Part shown: positions 10,220 through 19,020 of the stretch, piece after piece
How positions within the stretch are numbered: position 1 is the stretch's first letter
Layout of the letters: every line of letters starts with the position of its first letter
Assembly (NCBI GenBank): GCA_036679065.1
Contig: JAZIGN010000003.1
Location: forward strand, 609,853-673,852
DNA from: Coprothermobacterota bacterium
GTDB taxonomy: Bacteria > Coprothermobacterota > Coprothermobacteria > Coprothermobacterales > Coprothermobacteraceae
Direction of reading: 5' to 3'
DNA: 64,000 bases
The notes under the pieces: model-generated
The model's database searches: none
What the model saw: the letters and a program-made list of their open reading frames with translations, nothing else
What the model was told of the DNA's origin: nothing
Program-made: the position numbers and the translations under genes

Positions 10220-10608
10220 AGCCAAACCGCCCTCCCATCTGTTAATATTTCCTTCTTCCATATTGGTACTTCATTTTTAATACGGTCTATTACTTCCATT
10301 GTTGCTAAGAAACCCTCTTGTCTGTGAGGAGAAAGGGTTGCAACCACTAACGCCGTTTCACCAACGGTTAATCTGCCAATTCTATGCGCTGCGTACACCG
10401 TGACCCTGTACTTTTCCTCAACTTCACGGATTATCTTTTCCAATTGCGAAAGCGCCAACTCCTCATAAGCTGAGTATTCTATGGCTTCGACCTCACCGTT
10501 CTGCGAATGGCTTCGTACCTTGCCTTGGAAAACTATGAAAGAGCCCATGGCATGATCTTCCAGCACCGGAAGTTCCAGTTCTTCTTTAGTTAAAATGGCT
10601 TTTTCCAT
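10216..10608 (-). CDS. moaE: Molybdopterin synthase catalytic subunit
   Basis: FQGKVR, EYSAY, HRIGRL, SPHR, IKNEVPIWKKE. Confidence 0.9.
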   Translation of the reverse strand: MEKAILTKEELELPVLEDHAMGSFIVFQGKVRSHSQNGEVEAIEYSAYEELALSQLEKIIREVEEKYRVTVYAAHRIGRLTVGETALVVATLSPHRQEGFLATMEVIDRIKNEVPIWKKEILTDGRAVWL

Positions 10609-10610
10609 TT

Positions 10611-10823
10611 CTACCCACCTCCTACGGGTGGCATTATCGCTAATTCATCGCCGTCTTCAAGTGTAGCATTTGAGGGAACGAGTGTTCCATTTACAGCCAG
10701 CATGTAGACGCCTTCCACATTCAATTCCATGAGCAGTTGTTGAATCGTTTTACCTTTAGCGTCCAGCAGTAGCTGTGCTCCATGTAAATCAGCTAGCTTT
10801 CCAAAGAATCTCACCGTAACCAT
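10611..10823 (-). CDS. moaD: MoaD/ThiS sulfur carrier protein
   Basis: MVTVRFFG...AVNG...GDELAIMPPVGGG with C-terminal GG; adjacent to moaE; start taken as ATG 10823. Confidence 0.85.
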   Translation of the reverse strand: MVTVRFFGKLADLHGAQLLLDAKGKTIQQLLMELNVEGVYMLAVNGTLVPSNATLEDGDELAIMPPVGGG

Positions 10824-10827
10824 TTTC

Positions 10828-12885
10828 TCATTCACCATCATTTTTCTTGCGAGTGGGAAACTCGATTGCCACTTCACCGTCTTTTAGTACTACAAAGGCT
10901 CTATATGCTTTGCCGGCTTTTGAACGGAAGCGTTTCAAGCGTGTTCTTCCTTCTGCGACTAAGCGTCTCACATCGTCAGCTGTGATAACTCCTCCGTTCA
11001 TATTCTTCCAGACTCTGAATTTGCAGCCTTCTTTCCAGTTACTGCAGTAGTATGATTTTTGGCCTTCAAGAATGTAGCCATCACAGAAGGGACACTTGGC
11101 TATGGGCATGTTCTGTTTGCTTTTTAGGGTTTTAGAGCTCTCTTCTTTTGATAAGGTCTTAACAATGTCTCTGACGTATTCCTCAATGGACCACATAAAA
11201 CTTTCAGGAGTTTCTTTGCCCTTTTCAATAAGCCCCAGGCGACGTTCCCATTCACCCGTTAACTCCGGCTCAGTTAAACTCTGCAGCTTTACTTCGCGCA
11301 AGGCGTCAATAAGCATAATGCCCTTGGAGGTAGGAATTAATTGAGGTCCGTTTCTTTGTACATAGCCCATCTCAATTAGTCGTTCAATGATCTCTGCGCG
11401 AGTTGCTGGTGTTCCTATGCCTTTCTCTTTTAGTATTTCAGCAAGTTCTTCTGATTCCACCATCTTTCCCGCCGTTTCCATGGCTGCTATGAGGGTACCG
11501 TCAGTAAACCTTGGTGCTGGTCTCGTTTGTCTCTTTTCAGCTGCTGTTTCCAATACGGTAACCTCGGCAATATTGGGAAGCAGATCTTGGCTTTCTTTAC
11601 CACCGAGTATGGCATACCAAGAAGGATCATCAACTCGGATTGCTGTGTATTCAAAAAGATGGTCTCCATAGCTAAATACGGTCCTTTGATGAGTTTCAAA
11701 AGCTGGTGGATAGAACGCAGCTAAGAAGCGATCCACCACGTAATTGAACATTCTTTCATCGTCACCTTTTAGTTCCTTGATTTTTCCTGTGGGTATGATA
11801 GCAAAGTGATCGGTAACTCGCGCGTTGTTGAAAATGCGTCCGCGGTTATTTAGCTTTTTGACGTATTCCCAGTCGCCTTTTTCAAATACGGTCTCTAGCT
11901 GATTTGCTGTCCCAACTACCTGTTTTTTCATATCCGTAGGCAGGTACCGTGAGTCAGTTCTAGGGTAGGTTATAAGAGCATTCTCGTAAAGTTTTTGCAG
12001 TATTTTCAGTGTTTTTTGAGCTGACCATTTGAATGTTCTGGAGGTGAATTTCTGCAAGTCCCCCAGATCGGGTAGTAAGGGTGGTTTGATTTTTTGTTGC
12101 TCTTCTGTTTGCTCAGTAACAGCAAGTGTTTTCCCTACCAGTTCCTGGGCAAGTTGTTCCGCCTCTTCTTGCTCGTATTCCCGTACGCTCTCAGCCCAAA
12201 AGCTTTTTCCGTCTACTTCAAAGCGAACTTTTACTTTGTAGTAGATGCGGGGAACAAAGTTTTGAATTTCCTTTTCTCTGTCTACCAAAATTGCCAAGGT
12301 GGGCGTCTGCACTCTGCCTATGGAGAATACTTCCCTTTTTGAAACCACAGTAAAAGCTCGAGATGCGTTTATGCCCACCAACCAGTCAGCTTTCGCCCTG
12401 GCTAAAGCAGAAGCATAAAGGTTATCCAGTTCAGACAAATCAAGAAGCTGTTTTATCTGTTCTCTGATGGTTTCCTTCGTTAAAGACTGAAGCCACAGCC
12501 TTTTTACTGGTTTCTCGATACCCACGTACTCCTGAATTAAACGAAAGATGAGCTCGCCTTCTCTTCCAGCATCAGTGGCACTTATAACCATGTCAGCTTC
12601 TGCCCACAACGACTTTATTTCTTCCAGCTGTTTCACCGCTGTTTTGCTAATGGGCACCAGTTGCCACGCATCCTCTTTTGGCATTATGGGTAGATCTTCC
12701 AGACGCCACTTTTTGTAGCGTTCGCCATAGTATTCAGGGTATGCAAACTGAAGCAAGTGTCCCATGGCGTGGGCAATCACGTACTCGCCCACGACTAAAT
12801 GATTTCCTTCTTTTTTTGGTTTTCCCAGTGCGGCAGCGATTTGACGCGCCACAGAGGGCTTTTCAGTAACAATCAGTATCGACAT
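10828..12885 (-). CDS. topB: DNA topoisomerase III (type IA)
   Basis: TEKPSVA, ATDAGREGE, GRVQTPTL, ITYPRTDS, GIGTPATRA, C-terminal Zn-ribbon. Confidence 0.9.
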   Translation of the reverse strand: MSILIVTEKPSVARQIAAALGKPKKEGNHLVVGEYVIAHAMGHLLQFAYPEYYGERYKKWRLEDLPIMPKEDAWQLVPISKTAVKQLEEIKSLWAEADMVISATDAGREGELIFRLIQEYVGIEKPVKRLWLQSLTKETIREQIKQLLDLSELDNLYASALARAKADWLVGINASRAFTVVSKREVFSIGRVQTPTLAILVDREKEIQNFVPRIYYKVKVRFEVDGKSFWAESVREYEQEEAEQLAQELVGKTLAVTEQTEEQQKIKPPLLPDLGDLQKFTSRTFKWSAQKTLKILQKLYENALITYPRTDSRYLPTDMKKQVVGTANQLETVFEKGDWEYVKKLNNRGRIFNNARVTDHFAIIPTGKIKELKGDDERMFNYVVDRFLAAFYPPAFETHQRTVFSYGDHLFEYTAIRVDDPSWYAILGGKESQDLLPNIAEVTVLETAAEKRQTRPAPRFTDGTLIAAMETAGKMVESEELAEILKEKGIGTPATRAEIIERLIEMGYVQRNGPQLIPTSKGIMLIDALREVKLQSLTEPELTGEWERRLGLIEKGKETPESFMWSIEEYVRDIVKTLSKEESSKTLKSKQNMPIAKCPFCDGYILEGQKSYYCSNWKEGCKFRVWKNMNGGVITADDVRRLVAEGRTRLKRFRSKAGKAYRAFVVLKDGEVAIEFPTRKKNDGE

Positions 12886-13159
12886 GACACCACCTTTTCA
12901 TGATTTCGGGAATTATTGTTAGTTCTTGTTTCGCTTTGCACAACATCTATGCCTCTTATTTTTTTTGCGGCGTCCATTCTCCAGGACTTTCCTTGAAGAA
13001 ATACCTTCTTGGCACAGTTCTTATTCCCGTGTTTTCAAACGTATTCACGTAATTCACATCATCCACATTTTCTTATGATTGCCATACAAACGTTAACACC
13101 TATTATAACCTTGTGTGCGAAGTGTGTAGAAAACAAAAATGACACAAAACAACTTCGCA

Positions 13160-14746
13160 CTACCCAGCTCTGTTCGACAAAACTTCACTAGCCAGGTGTT
13201 CTAAAATAAAATCCATTTCGCTTGGCCAATTCTCCGGGACCGCCAATGTAACGTTTATGTTGTCCAAACGAATTAGGCGTCCCGCGAAATTGTTAAAATC
13301 TTGGTCTGGTGATAAATCATCAATTACGCTAACCCCGGCATCATTTAGGGCTTTTATGAAGTCTTCTCGCGTTTCTGTCCTTTCTAATTTCTGGAGCTGT
13401 GAAAGCAGTTGTTCCATGTTTGCGGCCCTGGAACTGGTCTTTTGTAGAGAAATTACCAAATACAGCGTGTTACATACGGCTGAAAGTAGCTGATTCGGAT
13501 TAGGTACGGCTGGATCTTTTACTATGACAATGCCGTTAGCAGTTTCATGAGTTCCCAAAGTTCCTATGAGGATTTTCCCATCTGGCAGATCTTTTTCAAG
13601 AACGTCAATTGACGGTGATGAAGTATAAACCAGTGGGTCAGTCATGGCTAAAGTCGGCTCGATGCCTTCTATGTGTCCGCCTGCAAGGGTGTACTTATAA
13701 TTCCTAGGACTGTACAGGTAGAGGGCTACCTCTTTTGCTGAAAACAATGTTTTCATCCTGACACACATTTGCTCTATGAATTCACTAGACAAAGAATCTG
13801 TTTTTCCAATCCTACCCAGAACTTCTAGTTGCTTAAGCAATTCTTTGAAGGTGCTCAGGTAAATCTCTAGGCTTTTCTGTGCTTGTTCCCATTGCTGTTT
13901 TTGCTGGGTGAGCAAATTGTTGTTTTCAGTTAGAGTTTTTGCTTGATGCTGTAAATTAAACAGCTGTGATTGAGCCTTTGCAAGCGTTTCAAGCTGAAGG
14001 AGATTTTGCTCCTTGTAACTGCGGTTCTGCTTGTGCAATTTGAGAACCATGGCTCCAAGAATGAACAAAACAAGTACTGATAAAAACAAAAGAAACCAGG
14101 ACCATGGACTGTTCCAAAACAATTGTGCAGCAGTAGGCTTTACAGGAGTGAAACCGGCCGATTTAGCTGCTAATGAAACCGCATATGCGCTACGTGTTAG
14201 GAACTCTTCGAACTTGTTTTGGAAGAGAATTCCTTGTTCAGTCTTTGAGTAAACAGGGACCAAGGTTAATTCCACATTCACTGTTTCTTCGCACTCAGAG
14301 GTAGCTGAAAGCCCCAGTTGTAAGCTCCTGATTATTCTTAGGTTTTCCGAGGTTGCTGGCAGACAAACGTAGTCACCTTCACCAGGCAATGGTGTAAAAA
14401 CTCTGCCTAGTGGAGAGCCTTCAACGTAAGCAGCGGATTCAATGCCAGTCTGAGGCCTGCTCAGTATGGCATCAAGATCACCCCGTATAAGCCGTCGCAT
14501 CAATTCATCCGGAGTGCCTTCCACTATGTTCGGTTCAACCCCCGTGTATCCTGTAAATAACTTTGAAAGGGTATCGCCAAAAGAGGAAAGTTCTGGCGAC
14601 GGTAAGCCTGTTAAAAGTTCGTCTGGTATCCCTATTGTTAAACCGAAAACGGGTTCAACTATGAAAAACAATGACAAAACTAACAATAAAGCAAAGGACT
14701 GTGCAAAACGCGAAGCGAGCCGCTCTTTCAGTTTCCTCACCTCCAC
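13160..14746 (-). CDS. Hypothetical membrane protein (extracytoplasmic domain, TM helix, coiled coil, possible GAF-like domain)
   Basis: 528-aa ORF with an N-terminal hydrophobic segment, a second TM helix near the middle and a Q/L-rich coiled coil. Confidence 0.65.
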   Translation of the reverse strand: MEVRKLKERLASRFAQSFALLLVLSLFFIVEPVFGLTIGIPDELLTGLPSPELSSFGDTLSKLFTGYTGVEPNIVEGTPDELMRRLIRGDLDAILSRPQTGIESAAYVEGSPLGRVFTPLPGEGDYVCLPATSENLRIIRSLQLGLSATSECEETVNVELTLVPVYSKTEQGILFQNKFEEFLTRSAYAVSLAAKSAGFTPVKPTAAQLFWNSPWSWFLLFLSVLVLFILGAMVLKLHKQNRSYKEQNLLQLETLAKAQSQLFNLQHQAKTLTENNNLLTQQKQQWEQAQKSLEIYLSTFKELLKQLEVLGRIGKTDSLSSEFIEQMCVRMKTLFSAKEVALYLYSPRNYKYTLAGGHIEGIEPTLAMTDPLVYTSSPSIDVLEKDLPDGKILIGTLGTHETANGIVIVKDPAVPNPNQLLSAVCNTLYLVISLQKTSSRAANMEQLLSQLQKLERTETREDFIKALNDAGVSVIDDLSPDQDFNNFAGRLIRLDNINVTLAVPENWPSEMDFILEHLASEVLSNRAG

Positions 14747-14759
14747 ACCCGCATTGTGA

Positions 14760-15296
14760 TTACATTTTACTCTTTGCAGGGGTGAGTAACATTATTTCCC
14801 ACCAAAGAATAACCCATATACCAACCCCTGATAGCACGGCGGGAAAAAATGTGTCAAAGAAATGTTCAATAAGATAGGAACTTTCGGGAAGAATCCAGAA
14901 CTGATTTCTAAAGAGGAGATGGTGTAAATAGGTCCAAACGGTATCAAAACTAACCAGGGTCAAAGTGCCAAGACCCAGAGTGAGTATTAGAAGCACCATG
15001 GCAGTTTTTGGTCCAGGATAGGCATGTTGTGGTACAAGCCACACCAGCGAAGCAAGCTCAAGCACCAAAAACCAGGCTCTCACATCGGTCATGTGGAGCA
15101 TCTCCACTTCCGAGAGTTTCGGTTGGCTGGTGCCCGTGATTAAGTAGCGAAGTATGCTTTTGTTCTCTGGTCCAGGTTTTGCCAAAAGAAAGCTTACCAA
15201 TGTGGCGAACCAAATTGCTAAAGTCAACGCTTTTACTATGAAGATTAGCGATTGCGTATTGACATTGGGCTTATTTTTCCCATCCATAAAAGTCAA
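14760..15296 (-). CDS. Integral membrane protein, DUF1461-like
   Basis: LSEVEMLHMTDVR and FDTVWTYLHHLLFRNQFWILP...LIEHF resemble DUF1461 motifs. Confidence 0.65.
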   Translation of the reverse strand: MTFMDGKNKPNVNTQSLIFIVKALTLAIWFATLVSFLLAKPGPENKSILRYLITGTSQPKLSEVEMLHMTDVRAWFLVLELASLVWLVPQHAYPGPKTAMVLLILTLGLGTLTLVSFDTVWTYLHHLLFRNQFWILPESSYLIEHFFDTFFPAVLSGVGIWVILWWEIMLLTPAKSKM

Positions 15297-16365
15297 AGTT
15301 GTTAATTGAATACAATTTCAAAACAAAATCTTTATCCAAGTGGTGGACACCGTCAAGCCGGTCTACAACCTCTGCGGCTTCAAAAGGACTCACGTCGTCC
15401 ACAGGGGCATCGCTTCCCACCAGTAGTTTCACACCATAATCTTTCATCAACCCCCAGGCATAGCTTGTTTGAATGCGGTCTCCCACACGCTCAGAAGCCC
15501 AAGGGAGTTCCTTTGAGAAAATGGGTTGTATGCATGCCGCTACTTGAAGCCTAGCGAGCTCCTCAATCTGATCCAGACGTGTTATTTGCAGGTGTTCTAC
15601 TCTATCCAGTGGATGTCTGGATTTTTGTAGCACACTTAAGGCTTGATCAATAGCCTTGTCGCCAATGGCATGGAGTGCCACCGGTTTGTCTTTTTTGTGT
15701 GCCTGTTCCACCAAATAGAGCAACTCCTCGTCGGAGTGGTTCAGTTTACCGTAATTTCCTGGATCGTCACTGTATTCTCTGGTTAAGGCAGCTGTGCGGG
15801 CACCCAGTGAGCCATCTAAGAAAAGTTTCAATCCCATGGCATCGCCTAACAGATCGAGATCCGAGGTGTAGAAGGGAAATCCACCCATGAGGTCCACGTT
15901 CTCTTTGGTCACATGCATGTCAACGAACTTTGTAATACCAAGTTCTCTAAGGTTTTGAACACCTCTTTCCAGGACCTCCTGTTTGGGTATGGCATTCACT
16001 TCAATGAACCGCTCAAGAAGATCAAATACGTCTTCTTCTAAAAACACACCTGAATACGCGCTTAAACCAAGCTGCTCCATGGCTCTGGTGTTAAGTACAG
16101 CCAAGTGCAGGCATGTTCTTACCAAAAGCGCAGGATTTTGCGGAAACCATGAATCAAGCATGTCTTTTGTTGGTATTTGTTTTTCTTTCAAGAGCTCTTG
16201 GTTAAACTTAACACCAACGTACCAATTGTTCAGGGGTTGTGCTCTCAATGCCTCTACTATTTCCTCGAAGCTGGTGCAATTGGAAAGGTCTGGAAACAAG
16301 CTCAGTGAGCTGTAAGTCCATGCATGAAGGTGAAGGTCTGCAAACTTCGTCTGGTTGTCTTCCAT
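15271..16365 (-). CDS. Amidohydrolase (YtcJ/Amidohydro_3-like)
   Basis: DLHLH, KLFLDGSLGARTA, HAIGD, RVEH, GSDAPV. Confidence 0.85.
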   Translation of the reverse strand: MEDNQTKFADLHLHAWTYSSLSLFPDLSNCTSFEEIVEALRAQPLNNWYVGVKFNQELLKEKQIPTKDMLDSWFPQNPALLVRTCLHLAVLNTRAMEQLGLSAYSGVFLEEDVFDLLERFIEVNAIPKQEVLERGVQNLRELGITKFVDMHVTKENVDLMGGFPFYTSDLDLLGDAMGLKLFLDGSLGARTAALTREYSDDPGNYGKLNHSDEELLYLVEQAHKKDKPVALHAIGDKAIDQALSVLQKSRHPLDRVEHLQITRLDQIEELARLQVAACIQPIFSKELPWASERVGDRIQTSYAWGLMKDYGVKLLVGSDAPVDDVSPFEAAEVVDRLDGVHHLDKDFVLKLYSINNFDFYGWEK

Positions 16366-16446
16366 AAAAACAATTGTAGCAGCTTGTTAAGCAGAAGGGT
16401 TTATAATAGTTAAACCTACTTCTTATAACCAAAGGAGGCTACTGCT

Positions 16447-17352
16447 GTGAAGCATGTGGTTTCAGTCAGTTTAGGTTCTTCCAAAAGAGATAGCACAGCG
16501 CAAGCCGTGTTTTTAGGAGAAGAATTCATCTTGGAGCGTGTTGGAACTGACGGTGATATGCAAAAAGCCGTTGAGAAAATAAGAGAGCTTGATGGAAAGG
16601 TTGATGCTATTGGCTTGGGGGGCATTGATCTTTACCTGTGGCTGGGTGAAAAACGCTACGTTATCAGGGATGCCAAAAAACTCAAAGAAGCGGCTAAGGT
16701 AACTCCGGTGGTGGATGGGTCTGGTCTGAAGCACACATTGGAGAGAAAAGTGGTGGATGACCTCTTTGCCAGAGGGATTTTCAAGCCGGGAATGACCTTC
16801 TTCATTACCAGTGGTGTGGACCGTTGGGGAATGGTAGAAGCCATCAGTAAAAACGGCGGAAAGTTAATAATAGGCGACCTCATGTTTGCATTAAACATAG
16901 CCATACCACTTCACTCCATTAACAGCCTGCGTAATCTCGGATCTATCATACTTCCCATAGCTGCTAATTTGCCTTTTACTGTTCTTTACCCAACGGGTTC
17001 AAAGCAGTTGGAACGCACTCCAAAGTTTGGGCAGTATTTTAAGGAAGCTGACGTCATCGCTGGTGACTATCTTTACATTGACAAGTACATGCCAGAGGAT
17101 TTGCAGGGCAAGATAATTCTAACTAATACGACCACATCGGAAAATGTCCAGGAACTCAAAAAGCGGGGGGTTTCTCTTCTCGTAACTACTACGCCTGTTA
17201 TCGAGGGGAGAAGCTTCGGAACAAATGTTCTAGAAGGTGTTTTCACTGGTTTATTGGGTAAGCCTGGAACGCCGCCTCACTATCCCGAGTATGAACGTCT
17301 CATAGCCGAGCTTAATCTGGGCCCCACCATTCGAGTTCTTAACGAAGATTAA
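16447..17352 (+). CDS. Conserved protein of unknown function (family often auto-annotated as quinate 5-dehydrogenase)
   Basis: VVSVSLGSSKRD, IGLGGIDLY, VVDGSGLKHTLE, TNTTT, GRSFGTNVLE; AAGGAGG RBS with GTG start. Confidence 0.7.
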   Translation: MKHVVSVSLGSSKRDSTAQAVFLGEEFILERVGTDGDMQKAVEKIRELDGKVDAIGLGGIDLYLWLGEKRYVIRDAKKLKEAAKVTPVVDGSGLKHTLERKVVDDLFARGIFKPGMTFFITSGVDRWGMVEAISKNGGKLIIGDLMFALNIAIPLHSINSLRNLGSIILPIAANLPFTVLYPTGSKQLERTPKFGQYFKEADVIAGDYLYIDKYMPEDLQGKIILTNTTTSENVQELKKRGVSLLVTTTPVIEGRSFGTNVLEGVFTGLLGKPGTPPHYPEYERLIAELNLGPTIRVLNED

Positions 17353-17466
17353 AGTATTAAAATACTTCAGATGTGGTAAAAGAGTTAACAGTGAAAAGTT
17401 TAAAGAAACAATCTTGTCAAAGAAGTATTCTTGCTATGGCCATTGCGCCGGAGGTGGAAGAGTTAC

Positions 17467-18525
17467 ATGGCTAAATTTGGTTTTGTGTTGCATCCATTGT
17501 CCATTGAGGACATAAAGAGTCACGTTGGGTTTGCCAAATATTTACCTGATAGTTTGGTGGAGTGGGGTGGCAGGTACGCAAGCCCTTACATAGCTTCTCA
17601 TGTTATCGGTGTAAAATCCCTTACTGGCAAAGAAGTTGACGGTTGGTTTGCAGTAGTCCCCATGACACCAAAAATGATGATGCAGGATCAGGATTACGCT
17701 GTAAAGCAGATCATAAAAGCTGGTAAGCTTCTGGAAAAAGAAGGCGCCGAGATCATGGGTTTGGGTGCCTATACCTCTGTGGTGAAAGATGCTGGCATCA
17801 CCATTGCGAAAGCAATGGACATAGGTGTTACCACTGGTAACAGCTATACAGCATATACAGCTGGCGAGGCGCTGCTTTTGGCTGCTAAGGAAGTGGGTAT
17901 TGATCCTAAGAGTTGCACGCTAACAGTAGTTGGAGCCACAGGCTCCATTGGTAGCGTTCTTACTAAAACACTAGCTCCACAGGTTGGAAAGGTTGTTCTG
18001 GTGGCACGAAATATGGCCCGCTTGCAGGCATTAGCAGAGGTTTTGAAAGAATATGAGGTGGATTACACCAGCAGCGTCAGTGAAGGGGTTAGGCAAGCTG
18101 ATCTGTTGATCACTGTTTCTTCGGCTCCTGAGGCTATCATAGATGCCGAGGATTTACAACCGGGCACCATCGTCGTGGACGTATCCAGGCCGCGTAATGT
18201 TGCAGAATCTGTGGCGAAGAAACGTTCCGACGTGCTTGTGCTTGATGGTGGTGTGGTGCGAGTGCCTGGTGATGTACAATTTAACTTTAATTTTGGCTTT
18301 GAGCCCAAGACAGCTTATGCTTGCATGAGTGAGACCATGATGCTTGCTTTAGACGACTGGACCACGGACTTCAGTTTGGGCAGAGACCTGAAGGAAGAGC
18401 AGGTCATGCTGACTGGAAAATGGGCAAAAAAACATGGTTTCGAAGTCGTCTGGATGAGGTCATTCGACCGTCCAGTTACAGAGGCGCAATTAGATAAAAT
18501 AAGGGCTATTAGGAGGGTTTCGTAA
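17467..18525 (+). CDS. NAD(P)-dependent oxidoreductase, acyl-ACP reductase-like (COG5322-type)
   Basis: FGFVLHP, GLGAYTS, VTTGNSYTA, VVGATGSIG, DVSRPRNV, YACMSETM, FSLGR parallel cyanobacterial AAR motifs. Confidence 0.75.
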   Translation: MAKFGFVLHPLSIEDIKSHVGFAKYLPDSLVEWGGRYASPYIASHVIGVKSLTGKEVDGWFAVVPMTPKMMMQDQDYAVKQIIKAGKLLEKEGAEIMGLGAYTSVVKDAGITIAKAMDIGVTTGNSYTAYTAGEALLLAAKEVGIDPKSCTLTVVGATGSIGSVLTKTLAPQVGKVVLVARNMARLQALAEVLKEYEVDYTSSVSEGVRQADLLITVSSAPEAIIDAEDLQPGTIVVDVSRPRNVAESVAKKRSDVLVLDGGVVRVPGDVQFNFNFGFEPKTAYACMSETMMLALDDWTTDFSLGRDLKEEQVMLTGKWAKKHGFEVVWMRSFDRPVTEAQLDKIRAIRRVS

Positions 18526-18526
18526 G

Positions 18527-19018
18527 ATGCGAAGAGTGGAAGATGAAGCCATTTTGACAGAGGAAGGATACAAGAAAGTTTTTGAGGAGCTCAAATACCT
18601 CAAAGAGGTGAAGAGAAAAGAAGTTGCAGAGAAAATCCAGGAAGCCAGAGCTTTAGGTGATCTGTCAGAGAACTCTGAGTTTGAGGCAGCTAAGGAAGAG
18701 CAAGCGTTGCTAGAAGAGCGTATAGCTCGCTTAGAATCGCTGATTTACAATGCCAAAGTTGTCAAGGCTGAGGATCTGGCGCTGGATCAGGTCTCTGTGG
18801 GTACAAAGGTTTTAGTGCTTGACGAGAGCACTGGTAGGGAAGAAGCATTCATCATTGTTGGCAACTCTGAGGAAGTCGATCCGTTTTCTGGAAAGATTTC
18901 TTCCAAATCTCCTCTGGGCAGCAGACTACTCGGACGTAAGAGAGGGGATCGTGTGGAGATAAAGCTTCGTAACGGAAGCAAGGCAGTGTATGAAATACTT
19001 GACATAATGGTGCCGTAA
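18527..19018 (+). CDS. greA: Transcription elongation factor GreA
   Basis: ARALGDLSENSEFEAAK, ISSKSPLG. Confidence 0.95.
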   Translation: MRRVEDEAILTEEGYKKVFEELKYLKEVKRKEVAEKIQEARALGDLSENSEFEAAKEEQALLEERIARLESLIYNAKVVKAEDLALDQVSVGTKVLVLDESTGREEAFIIVGNSEEVDPFSGKISSKSPLGSRLLGRKRGDRVEIKLRNGSKAVYEILDIMVP

Positions 19019-19020
19019 TC

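Noticed and set aside
12870..13159. Short minus-strand ORFs (about 34-36 codons) in the long topB leader
   Set aside because: Weak or badly spaced RBS and no recognisable motif; cannot be supported.
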